The position numbers were made by a program, and so were the translations under genes. DNA of 58,802 bases, the filler included, from Sphacelaria rigidula (Eukaryota): the NCBI GenBank assembly GCA_964200075.2. It is 7 parts of 7 records of this genome, joined end to end, with 100 filler letters (N's around TTAATTAATTAA, not from the genome) between each part and the next. Parts side by side here need not be neighbours in the genome. Positions count along the whole stretch, not along the records: positions 33,661 to 41,975 come from CAXNAA020011558.1; positions 42,076 to 50,389 come from CAXNAA020011559.1; 5 more parts are not named here. One strand, given 5' to 3'. Below, in pieces: positions 37,624 to 49,500 of this stretch (its first letter is position 1; each line of letters opens with the position of its first letter). The notes beneath the pieces are model-generated. The model was given only the letters and a program-made list of their open reading frames with translations, was not told where the DNA came from and did not search any database.

Positions 37624-40600
37624 GAAGACCTCGGCCCTGAGCATCTCCCCCGCTGGTTCCAAAGCACTGAAGGGCTTGGCGTCGGCGTATCCCTCCTTGT
37701 AGTTGAATCGACTCTAAGCAGCAGTCCGCTCAAAAACACGCACAATTGAGCCATCTTCTTTTTTAGCTCGCTTCTTGTCTGTGCATTGTTTCCTGGGTCG
37801 GCGTTCGGTCTGATTGTGTTGGTCCTCTCTTTATGCGGGCGTGGGTCCATTGACTGATCGGCTATGTGTCGTGGATTAGGTGATCCGCTACGGGAGCAGT
37901 AGCCACGATATGGACGTACCTAAATCACACACAGGTGAGCACCTGCTCAGGAAATATTCCGAGCGTAAGTGAAACAAAATTTGGAAATAAAACCCGGCGT
38001 ACTTGGTACTTTGCAGTTTCAGTCACCTTCGCGCTGTTTGGGTTGGTTTGATTACCCAGGGTGTGCAAACGGAGGACGAGGAAGACTTAATTTTCACTTT
38101 TGAGGGCATTTCCACCGGAATTCTTGCGCAACTCACCGGTCGCTTTACCCGCTGGCTCAGCAAAAAGCTCCCGCTCGGCTCCGATGTACGAGCCATACAG
38201 GTGACGTTCTTCGGAGAACAGACAGCATCGCCACCACTATCTCTTGTCAACCCTTGTCAACCCTTGAGGCCCTCGGTTGTAGCGGAACGACGAGGATCCG
38301 ATACTTTCGGGAGGGGGAAAATCTTCGCTTGATGTTGATGAAGTACGTAGTCGTTTTCTCGTTTTGCTTCCGGATGTTATGAAGATACTAGCATTTTTTT
38401 TCGTATGTGTGTGTGTGTGCGGTGGGGATCGCTTTTTTTTTTACAACTTCCGCTCGTTTCAGCCGGGCGAAACAGTAGAATATAAAGAACATCGGACGCT
38501 GGAACACTCCATGCCTTGACGGTAGCATATCTTGAACACCTCCACTTTTGCCAGACGCTAGTGGCAGAATGGTTGACGATGGAGGAGCTAATTTGTTTGC
38601 TTTTTTCTCAAACAGAGCCGCAACAAGCATGTATCTCTGTGTTTAACTGCACCCCTCTATCTGACGCCAAAAGTGTTCCCGTACTTCGCTTTCAAGTTTC
38701 AAACGATACGACAACAGACGCAGATCCAAGCCTTTTAAAAATGCATCTCACACTAACCATGCTCCCCCAAAATCTTCGCCTACAGCACCTTGATGAGCAA
38801 ACTGAGACGTGCGGCTCTTGCATTTTCTCCCGTTGAATAGAGTAAGGAACGAGGCACCCCTCGCAAGTTCGCGCTACCGGAGGTTCGACTTCCCAACACT
38901 AAAAAGTCGGTGACACATGTGTGCACAGTATACGGAGTGATTTTTCCTTGGGGTGTCATTTTTTCCCGACCAAGGATCTGAATAAAAGGTGCTGGCAATT
39001 TGAATACGTGAACTCGAACAGGCTCGCTACGGATCTTCGGTGGCGTCCTACTTCCACTTCTACCGCTGGCTCGTCGGCAACTACATTTTGATGGCCAGTG
39101 TAGGATTAATCTGGATGGTTCTGCACGTTCTCGGGAGAAACACTGATGATGTGATCGAGGCTTCGTTGGTCGGTGAAGGGCTTCCCACACTTGTTTCTTA
39201 GAACCCCCTATCCTTCGATGCACGTGTCTACTAGGTGTCTACGAAACATTAGGAGAAGGTGGTTTCCTCGTGTGATGCCCCTGCTTCGGTGTTGTAGTCG
39301 TTCTCCGAGGCAGAATGCCGAGTCTACGATTGCCGGAAGGCGAAAAACGCGTATGGATATGTATATGCTGTAAGTCCGAGCATTTGATGGTATTCACAGG
39401 TCAATCGACAGACAACATGCCTGACTGTAGACTTTTATCCCGCAGGGCAGTTGACATCTTGCTACACGCACATGACGAAAACCGGGTCATTCTTTCCTCT
39501 CTCTGTCAATCAGTCGAGTGTTCGCTTCGCACGGTTGATTTGTACAGGGGATGCAAACCCCTGCGACTTTACAATCAGTTTTTATGGACGGATATTCGCG
39601 CAGTAGGTTGCAGTTATGACTTGTCGGTAAGACAAGATAGACTTACGTCGTTTATAGTCATTATTCTCACGTTGTTTAATTTCGACACTATCAACAGTTC
39701 CCTTTCAATCCCGCAGATCGACACCGACGATGCTCTCTTCATGGATAATTAACAAGATGGAGGAGGTCTTGATTGTTGATATATCGCCCCGAATATGATG
39801 CCCCTTCCTAAATGATTCTCAGGGGTGACAACGAGTATGTATTTGTTCTTGATGTTTTCATCTGCGAACGGAAGAGTCATCCTACGATAGGGGGGGGGGG
39901 GTATTTTGGACCACTTCTTGCACGAAATTCCAAGTCAAATCGTCGTTGAAAGCAGCAACGGTTGCTCCAACGAGCTTGTTATGGATAAATATCGCTCATT
40001 CATACCGATCGACACCGTTCTGAACCAAATACAAGCGCGCTGCGAGTGTGGCAAGTCGCCTGACACACTGGTGAGCATCGTTTTTCGTGCAACCAAATGC
40101 CCCCCCCCCTATCGTAGGAATGCTCCGTCTCGAAAGGGATGCGTGGTCAATGGTCAAATGACTAAGGCAAGCAACAAATGAGTACGCCCCTATCGTAGGA
40201 TGACTCGGACAATGTCGGGAATGACGTTTCCTTTATGTTGCGATCCCGGCCCACCATCCATCAGCATGTTTTCCGACAGAATTGGAAATCCACTTACTCT
40301 GGCCAGCCGACGCTCCTCATATGTAAATATTTTCTCCATGAGATAGTTTCGGAAGCCTCTTCATCTACTTCTTCGGTGTTATGAGCCTCTCAGGTGATGT
40401 AAAGGAGAGTATAAGCTTCCGACACTGTGCGTAATCGTGAGATACATACACTATCATCATAGGTGAGCTACGCTAGGTCAGAACAACGGATTTCTGGGAC
40501 TAGATGTCAGCTATATATCTTAATTTTCTGCACAGGTAAGGAGGGAATTCCGTGCTTGTCGGTTGAGTCAGCTCTACCCAGGTTAGTCACCAGGTGCCTG

Positions 40601-40908
40601 TGTGAACAGTCAACCCAACGGTCCCCGGAAACTGTCTAGTTGATCATGCGAGCGCACTCATATACGTCGTGAAATACTACATACTCCGTTTGAGAAGAAA
40701 ATTTAACGATATGTGTCTCTCCGAAAGTGTCTGCTGTAATCACAAAAACATTTCGCCGCACGTTTTTTCCCGTCCAGGCATCATTCCTTCTTTCCTGGCG
40801 TACTCCAGCTTCGGCCCCGCCAGTCGGCAGTCGTACGTCGCCGTGGTGGTGCTTACCATCACTCTCCAGGTGGTAGCTGCCACTGTCAAGTGGATCAGGG
40901 AAGACAAG
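37624..40908 (+). pseudogene. Probable exons of an unassigned membrane-protein gene (37624-37934, 38060-38200, 40778-40908)
   Basis: Canonical AG/GT borders and hydrophobic translations (AIFFFSSLLVCALFPGSAFGLIVLV; YVAVVVLTITLQVVAATVKW). The first exon has in-frame TGAs and a frameshift. Confidence 0.35.
39874..40206. mobile_element. MITE with TIR GAGTCATCCTACGATAGGGG and a 4-bp TSD-like flank (Sola-like termini)
   Basis: Starts GAGTCATCCTACGATAG(G)n and ends (C)nTATCGTAGGATGACTC; flanks are GGAA / GGAC. Other ends of the family are at 33776 and 58504. Confidence 0.75.
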
Positions 40909-41842
40909 GTAAATGAACCAAAAGCAAGCACACGCATTTTGTTTCGTATCGTCATTACTTTACATCAAGCGTTCGTCAACGCACCTGAGCCCAAATACAT
41001 GTTGCTGCCATGGAAGCTTGTTTTTCTACGAAAAACGGCAGCAATCCACCATGAAATACAAAAAACGTGCCCACCTTTTCGAGCGGGAATTTCGACCTGA
41101 AGCGCGCGTGCATAAGTCCGGGCGATTATTGGTAGCACGTGAGACCAAAGTGCTTTCCTTCCCGCGCAGCTCGACTTCCACGTCCTCTGGAGCCTTCTGA
41201 TCCCGGTCTACGGGTATTTTGTTAAAGGTTATCGCCCAATAACTTGAAAGCAGGCGGAGAAAAATGAAGGAGCGTGCCTTTCTCATTCTCTTTTGTATTG
41301 GTGAAGGAGAAAAACAACGGCTACGTTTTGGTTAACGTCTTAAACGACGTTAACGGAGTTCCCCGGTAAGCTGCGAATATGGTCCCTGAAGCGGAGGTTT
41401 GCGAACCCGTTTCTCGGGTCATCCGTCCTGCACCATGTACATACTACTATCAGTAATCAAGGATATCAGGCCATATTGCAGTGTGGCATCAGGAGAACGC
41501 CAAGAGTTGAGTGGGATGGGAAGATATTAGGGTACGATGAATTAGTGCTGATAGACGATTGAGTCATGAACGGTGGCGTGGTACCCTTTGGTATTCTCGT
41601 ATGTGTTCATTTATATGTATCGTTTTATTCCACATTCCCTATAATTTTGTTCCTTGCATCATAAGTACAGATGTGAACGTCAACTTTTCACGTCAAAACT
41701 CGAACGCTGATCCGGGGGCGAAAACCAAACAAATGAAACGGCTCCTTTTGGGAACGGTTTCCTTTTCAGCCGCAAGTGTTGAAGCGGAGAATGTCCAGGG
41801 GATAACGACTCCTTCATTTGGGCACGAAATTGATATCCAGAA

Positions 41843-41975
41843 TGTGTGTGTATGTGTTGTCGTCCCATTGATTCTGGGCGCCAGTCAACCCCTTTCGGGA
41901 TATGTGGGCGCATCAGCCGGCGTCACACAGGAGGAAGGTCAACACAGGAACTTTTTCTTTTTCATTTGTTTTTAG
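41843..41975 (-). mobile_element. SINE 3' fragment (same family as 985-1366)
   Basis: tgtgtgtatgtgttgtcgtcccattgattctgggcgcc...gtcacacaggaggaaggtcaacacagga. Confidence 0.75.
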
Positions 41976-42075
41976 NNNNNNNNNNNNNNNNNNNNNNNNN
42001 NNNNNNNNNNNNNNNNNNNTTAATTAATTAANNNNNNNNNNNNNNNNNNNNNNNNNNNNNNNNNNNNNNNNNNNN

Positions 42076-42890
42076 GTGCTGGTGCGGTTGTACCTCGTCC
42101 GTATGGCGATACTGTGCATGGTACTGCGCCAGGTGAAGTCGTTCACTTTGATTTTCTGTACGTTGGAAGTAGCGGGCCTGAAGGTGCTAATGGTCTGCCT
42201 GAGGAGGATGATTTGCGGCACGTTTTAGTGATCATGGATTATTTGTCCAATTTTGTTTGCCTGGAGCCGACCGAGGCTTGCACCGCCGAGGTTACGGTAA
42301 GCACTTGCTCCATTGGCGCAAGACTTTGGGCGTGCCGCGTGTTTGGCTTAGTGATACCACCATGCACTTCAAAAATCGAGTGATCGCGCAGCTGAGCGAT
42401 GCGCTGGAGGTGCAACACCAATTTGCTGTTGCGTAAACCCCTTGGTCGAATGGTGCTTGTGAACGCATGGTGAAAGAGGTTATTCGTGCGTTGCGGTCTA
42501 TTTTGTCGGAACAGCGACGGCCGGTGTCTGAATGGGTTGATGTTGTGCCAGCCGCTCAGTGGGTGTTGACTACTTCTTTTCGTGAAGGCTACCGTAACAC
42601 TCCGTATTGTGTGATGTTTGGGCGTGCGCCGCGTACAGCGTTTTCCGCGCTGGTTTCTGTCACTGGCGGTGAGTGGCACGTGGATATCATGGATGCCGAT
42701 TCGTTGCGTAACAAGGTTCGAGGCGTGGTTGACGAGCAAGTGCGGTTTTGTAACGAAGTGCAAGCTGCTGTCGTGGTGTCTCGCGAAACCAAACGCAAGC
42801 TTGCTCAGGGCCAGGCTGTCTTCCCCAAGTTTGCAGTAGGAACTTTCGTCTTGTATGCCCATGTTCGGAAGCTACAAACCGCAGGGTTAT
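42076..42890 (+). pseudogene. Ty3/Gypsy integrase core relic
   Basis: PGEVVHFDFLYV...LVIMD.LSNFV...GVPRVWLSD...HFKN...PWSNGACERMVKEV...TPYCVMFGRAPRT, with a frameshift and a stop. Confidence 0.9.
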
Positions 42891-43599
42891 GATGAAGACC
42901 GAAAGTTTCATCCCATCTATTTTCAGGTGCAGGGTGCGCATGAGGTAGTGTACACCTCATGTAGCAAGCAGTATGGGTCGCTGTAGAGAGCTTCCAACAG
43001 GATGCGGCGACCGGCGGGCCACCCGCCACGTGTGGCTTTGGATGATACTTTTGTCCCCATCACCTTACCACACAGCTCTTTGTGGTTGGGGTGGGCCGCC
43101 ATTTTCCCCTTTGTTGCATGCGGCAAATTCTCTTCGTGAGGTACCAGCGTGGCGGCGCGCATGCATACAACAGTACAGTACAGTAAAATGTTGTACGCCT
43201 CTCAGACTGAAGCAGCAGCTGCCGCTGCATACCCCCTTGCACGTTCTGAGCAAATCTCAGCTACCGAGATCAACTGCCTATATACCGCCTCTTTATCCGT
43301 GCCCACTACATACATGTTAACGGCACACTACAAGTCATCGGCAGAGAGATAGGCAGAAATCATGACGGTAGCTCCTGTTTTCTTTCCACGACCCACCTGG
43401 GTTTAGTGCCTCGTAAAAATGACCACATTGTAGCATGTACACTCCTTCCCGGTTTTTCCGGGCGACCCTGTGTTAGTGCAACTACTACGTTTAGTATAGA
43501 ATTGTGACAAAAAAAAACACCGGAAAACTCGGGAACGCTGTATTGAGTGCAAGTAATATCCTATAACCACGTTCCGACCGCCCTGCATTTGGAACCCTG

Positions 43600-44300
43600 C
43601 ACACGTAGGACAGCTCATGAGCTAGCTCATCTGCGGGCGGTAGCTCACTTGTAGTCAAACATGTACATGTGAGCTACGATCGATTGCTCAACACAAGGTA
43701 AACTTGCGCTGATGAGCTACGAGTTGGTAGCTCACCCAGGACAAACATGCGTAGCTCATGCGGCTCTCATAGCTCACCCGGGGCGAATATGAGCTGATGA
43801 GCTACGGGTTGGTAGCTCACTCAGGGCAAACATGCGTAGCTCATGTAGCTCTCATAGCTCATCCAGGGGAATATGAGCTGATGAGCTACGGTTAAGTAGC
43901 TCACCTATCGCAGGCGTGCGTAGCTCACACAGATCCTATAGCTCACTCAGGGCGAATATGTGCAGCTCATGTAGCTCTCACAGCTCACCCAGAGAAAACA
44001 TGCGTGGATGAGCTATGTCCGGTAGCTCACCCGAGGCAAACATGCGCACCTCACCTAGCTCTTGTAGCTCACGCCGGAAGAATATGTGTAGCTCACGCAC
44101 TTCTTACAGCTCACCCAGGACAAACATATGCGGATGAGCTACGCTCGATAGCTCACCCAAGGCAAACATGCGCTTATGTGAGTAATTGTAATCCCGTTTT
44201 CCACATCGATCGCCTGTCGCGAAGGATCCAGGTGCACGGCATCATTTCCGACTGAAGCGCGGCTAGAGCTGCTGCCCCCCGCGGTCGCCATGCAGGGCGA

Positions 44301-44373
<73 letters not shown>

Positions 44374-45051
44374 TTGTGTGTGCGTCTGTGGTTGTGTGTG
44401 TATGTGGTGGCTATGATGGGGATGCCTTCTGATGCAGCCATGTTGATTGTTGATGTTTACAAAAAGCAAATCCATCGCTACACTAAACGGAACAGGTGTG
44501 TGCACATCTAACATCTAACCGTTGTCACGTACATACAAAATCAATGTGCATGAGCATCGGAACAAAAACAACTCCAAGATCGGCGTAGCTCCCGTAGCTC
44601 TTTGCTCAACCAGTGCAATCATGCGTAGCTCCCGTAGCTCTCATAGCTCATCCAGGGCAAACATGCGTAGCTCATGCATCTCTCATAGCTCATCCAGGGC
44701 AAACATGTGTAGCTTATGCATCTCTCATAGCTCATCTGGGGCAAAAATGCGAAGCTCATGCAGCTCTCATAGCTCATCCGGAGCAAACATGCGTAGCTCA
44801 TGCAGCTCCCATAGCTCACCCAGGGCGAATATGAGCTGATAAGCAACGGGTTGGTAGCTCACCTATCGCAAACGTGCGTAACTCCCACAGCTTCGATAGC
44901 TCACCCAGGACGAATAGGAGCTGATGAGCTACGGGTTGGTAGCTCATGTACGGTAAACATGCGTAGCTCATGTAGCTCTCATAGCTCACTAGGGAGCTAC
45001 ACTATAAAAGAGCTAGCTCGAGCTATAGGGAGCTGATCTGTCCGACGTGTG
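43600..45051. mobile_element. Non-autonomous TIR element (Mutator-like, ~9-bp TSD) filled with TAGCTCA repeats
   Basis: TIRs cacacgtaggacag (43600-43613) and ctgtccgacgtgtg (45038-45051); flanks GGAACCCTG / GAAACCCAG; internal tandem units built on tagctca/tgagcta. Confidence 0.7.
44305..44400. repeat. (TG)n microsatellite
   Basis: A pure TG run of ~66 nt plus a degenerate extension. Confidence 0.95.
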
Positions 45052-45694
45052 GAAACCCAGTAAGGCTTATCTGGGCCAGGGATAGGGTCCCCACGCGATC
45101 TTTGCAGTGGTATCACACTCGACAACAATCCCCCCGCTGGTCGCTCGGGTCTGGTCGATAGATTTCGCCTCGCCGTGATTGGGCAGGTCGCTCGAAGACT
45201 TATTTTTATTATTTCATTAACACAGGGTCAACCCTGTGTTACTGGGGGGTCGGTCTCAAAAGGGTTAACAGGTGATTCTGAGAAAGAACTGCAGATCACA
45301 ACTGTGCTCTCAATAAGATCTCAAATTTACTATCATGAGCAATAACACGATATACATGCGCAGGGAACACGATGATGAATTTCTTTTAGAATGTTTTTCT
45401 CGCGTTCCGCTATGTCAACATATACGTCGTATATTTCCCCACCACAGTCGAAATAATATCCCAGAACGCAAGCGAGAGAAGCTGGTTCAACGTACCCTCT
45501 CGCACCGCAAGCGCTGTACGTCTCCTCTTATATAAATATCTTGCACGTACCAGGAGCGTCGAAGTGCCAAGTTACCTTCGACCTTCGCCGAAGAGGGTCT
45601 CCTGGAAAGCGGCATTCGATATCGCGGTGAAGTTGAACGTGCCATTTTTTGTGCATATACTTGGAACAACGAACACACCTTCGCCCAAGTTAAA

Positions 45695-46560
45695 TGTGAT
45701 AAAATCTAAGCACGTGTGCAGCTATTTGTTATCCCAAGTATCATCATGTACAGCTGCTTGTTGCCAGTACAGCATCAGTGCAGATTGCGGTTAGGGCCAA
45801 TTAGTACAGAACCCACAACCATGAAGACTTTCTTGACATGAGTAGTCTAGTGAAACAAGATACCTCTGGCGGTGGCCAAGCTGCTGCGGGCGTGGTCCAC
45901 ATGGCGGCTTTCATACCGTAAGCCGTGCGCTGCGGTGCGCTGTCGTACGGTCAATGCACTCTGGGAGGAGGAGCCATACGTTCAAATTTTCGATCGTCGT
46001 TCACTCTGCCGAGGTCACCATAAGCTGTTTGTTGCTTGACGCGAGATATGGATCCATGGCGAGCACGGGCGTTCTCGTAACATATGGACCACTGAACTAC
46101 CGCCCAGCCTATCTCACACAAGATGCTTTTGTCAGTGCTCGGCTGCGTGGGCCACACATGAAACGGCAGGTAGTCCATACGCTACAAGAACGCCCTTGTT
46201 CGCGGTCGACCCATATCTCGCGCCAGGTAACAGCTTATGGTGGCCTCGGCAGAGTGAACAACGATCGAAAAATTGATTGTATGGCCCCTTACCTCAGTGC
46301 GCATTGACTGCACGTCAGAAACAGCGCACCGCAGCTCACAGCTTACGGTATGCCAGCCGCCATGTGGACCACGCCAGCAGCAGCTAAGCCACCACCAGAC
46401 GTATTATGTTTCACTTGGCATGCCAAGAAAGTCACCATGGTGGTGGGTTTTATTGTATACTACATTACCCTAACCGCCATCCGCATTGTTGGTGTTCCGG
46501 CAGTAAACAGCTGTACACAATACATAACATCCGGCAGCACATGTGCTTAGATTTGACCAC
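45695..46560. repeat. ~870-bp imperfect palindrome with a nested MITE (45948-46310) at its centre
   Basis: Outer arms pair throughout (e.g. aaatctaagcac / gtgcttagattt; cataccgtaagc / gcttacggtatg). The inner element has ~105-bp TIRs, cggtcaatgc... / ...gcattgactg. Confidence 0.8.
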
Positions 46561-49500
46561 AAAAATGACGATATTTTGAAAGCAGGTTCAACCTCACCGC
46601 GATACTGAACCCCATTCTAGAGGAGACCCTCTTGTAGGCCGCTTCATACGGTTGGAATTTGAGCGTGATATTTATGTCATATAGGTGTTTGTGCTGTCCT
46701 CTTTGTAGCGCAGGAGGGGCGGGGGCGATTTGGTGAAGACGGCTTTGCAGAGTTCAGTACAAGAGTAAGCAAGACTTGAGTGTTGTTTTTTTTGCGAACG
46801 CACTTAAAGTATCACATGCACATTGATGTGTAGTGTATATTCTTGTACCAGATTATCGTCTTCTGCAGTTGGCTGAGCGTGATGCACCACAGTGCAGCAT
46901 TTTCCTCAAACATTTTCTGTCATGAACCACACACCATTATATCCTCCGGTTTAATTCTTGAGGCTTCTTGCAGCCCTCTGGCCCATCTTCAGAAGAATCT
47001 CTGTTGCAAGTTTAGACAGTGCAGTCTACGTTCATCGTGTGTGGTTGAAATCGTCGCTGCAAGATACTGTATTGTATAAGCGGCACGGCTTGCATTTTGT
47101 TTGCAACGGTTCAAGTGAAACTGTAGACCACATATGTGTCGTTTTACTGTACATTTTTCATCGTAAATTAGGGTATGTTTTAAGATCTTTTGTTTTACGT
47201 ACGGTATTGGTTTTTTTCCAGAGTGGAGAGTGTTGAGCCTCGCTCTCGCTCCCCACCGCTTCTCACTCTCCTCAGCAACCCAGTTTTTGTTTCAACAGCC
47301 CCTTCTTGCAAAAGAGGCTGTTTGATTAGGCCAGAAGCGCCGAACAACACCATCTTGTTTTTCACTCCACTGCTCCTCGCAAGTAGCTTCACCGCCACAG
47401 TGCAAGCCTCTACTTAACTGTCGAGTGAGACAGTGCTGTGCCAGCGGATAATTTCCAACAATCTCCACGCCAAATGTGGTCGCGGCGGCACAGGAGAAGA
47501 CTGTACACAGTAGATGCATTACACCTGTTGTCCATGTTCAGGCCTTTCGTTCAAGCTGTGATTTGGTTCTGAAATAATCGTTGTTACACGTTGGTGTTGT
47601 TCATCTGCGTGTGTACCGTAGGATTGCTGTGAACTTTGATCGCCACACTACTGGAGCTCGCAGCGATCCTTAGCAGTTGGACGTTTGTTTGAACATAATA
47701 CACCACTGCGCTGTTGTGATCTGCAGCTGCCTGCGTACTGCAGTACTGTTTTGTACTTGATTCATCCCACTGTCGACTCCTGTACTGTCTCCGAGAACGC
47801 CGTGTCCATTTGATCAATCGGCATCATATTCGATCCTTGAGACATTTTGACTGAATCATTTTCACCAGAAAATGGACCGAAAATGCTGTGGGTTCAATGG
47901 ACAACTCCGGCGGTCAAAGGGTTCATCTACCCTTCTTATGTACCCCGAAGGTAGTCAGGAGCACCGGAGTTGTTTTCGCGGTAGGATCAACAGGCAAACA
48001 TTACCTCCGAGGACGGCTGCTTTCCTATCCGTGGAGAAACCATGGATCTAACCTCCACATAAACATCATCCCTGTGTTGAAGATGTTTTCCACGTAGCCG
48101 TACGTGCCATGCACTACGTTTTGAATTTCTGATGAGGTCTTCGATACATTGAAACAAGCGAAACAAAATGAAGTGGTCAAGATCCGTCAGTCCGAGTGCT
48201 CAAAACTCATTTGGCAGTTGCGAAGCCGAACTTCATCCGATCCGGCCGCGAGGTTTTCCTATCCCTACCAACTCGACAGCGTGGGTGCGATCTCCGGGTT
48301 TCGAGTTTGATAGCTTGTCTTGAATACGCTGAATTGGTGAATCTCGAATGTCACATGGTTGTTGATCATTGGTGATTTCCCAGTAAAAAGACGGTTAGTA
48401 TCGCATGAGGCACCTCGGAGTCGGCGTCTTCACCAATTTCCCAGTCGGAGACGTTTTTCATTTCGATCAAAATCAGGGCCACAAAATTTGCCCTGAATTG
48501 CCGCGGAAGTACCCCTGGGAACATCGCTTATTTCTAACCTCGTCGGTGCATAATTTTTCCCCCCGTGTTGCCGTGGTCTAGTGAAGTATGCGACGTCAAG
48601 CACATTGGTAATAAGGTCTTTAGTGCATCATTTCAGCCAATATCCCCTTGGTCATGATGTCTTCTGTACTGAACGGTTGAGCTTTGGTGTTGCGCAGGAG
48701 CAGTGCCTTTTATGAGGTCTTCGTATTCACGGCTTTGAACCAACAATGATTAGTTCTGTGCAGTTGGGATCTCCACCTTTCTACGTGGTCTTCTCGTCGA
48801 CGATGTTTGAGGGATACTGATAAGTGTTCCTGTGCGGTTATACCATGACTTGCAAACATACCGAACTGCAAAGCCGCGCATGCGATGGCCGACCTGCACA
48901 CAAGAGCTTCTCTTGCTCTTAGCATCCCACTTTTTTCTATATTTTCAAATGATCTCCCACGTATATTTAGCAAATAGCACTCCACATTGTCTTTCGCCTT
49001 GGAATCGCTCAAGCTGGGCGATGCCGCAACGCGCCAAAAACCTTTCAACCTTTTATATATTTGAATTTTCATCGAAATCTACGGGGAGTTTCTCTCAACT
49101 TCTCACGGTGCAGCATTCCACGCGGTCTTGAGCCCTCACAGACCACCACTGCGCTCACTTCAAACTTAAGTACATTGGTTTCTTCGTCGGAGCCCCTCGT
49201 CCGTTCCGAGAACATGCGTGTTTTCTCGGTCCCGCGCTCTCTCTCCACACGATCGAACTCGCGCCACACCCTCGGCACACCCTCGCACACCACACCACTA
49301 CCACTACCATCATTTTTACCTCCACACACATGTCGAAAAGCTCCTTGAAAGCATCCACTCCTCCCACGGAGCGTGAGATCCAACTAGAGCATGCGGCCGG
49401 CAAAAACATTATGGTTTCGCCTCAACCCGGCTGCAGGGACGCCGCCAACGTGTTCACATTTCAGAACTTCCCTGATGGTCACAGGGTCAACGTTTGGGGC

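Noticed and set aside
37624-37934. TGA=Trp recoding or selenocysteine
   Set aside because: The exon also needs a frameshift, and other genes in the window use TGG for Trp. Decay is the simpler explanation.
43615-45035. CRISPR-like array
   Set aside because: The repeats are degenerate tandem units without unique spacers, the context is eukaryotic and no cas genes are present.
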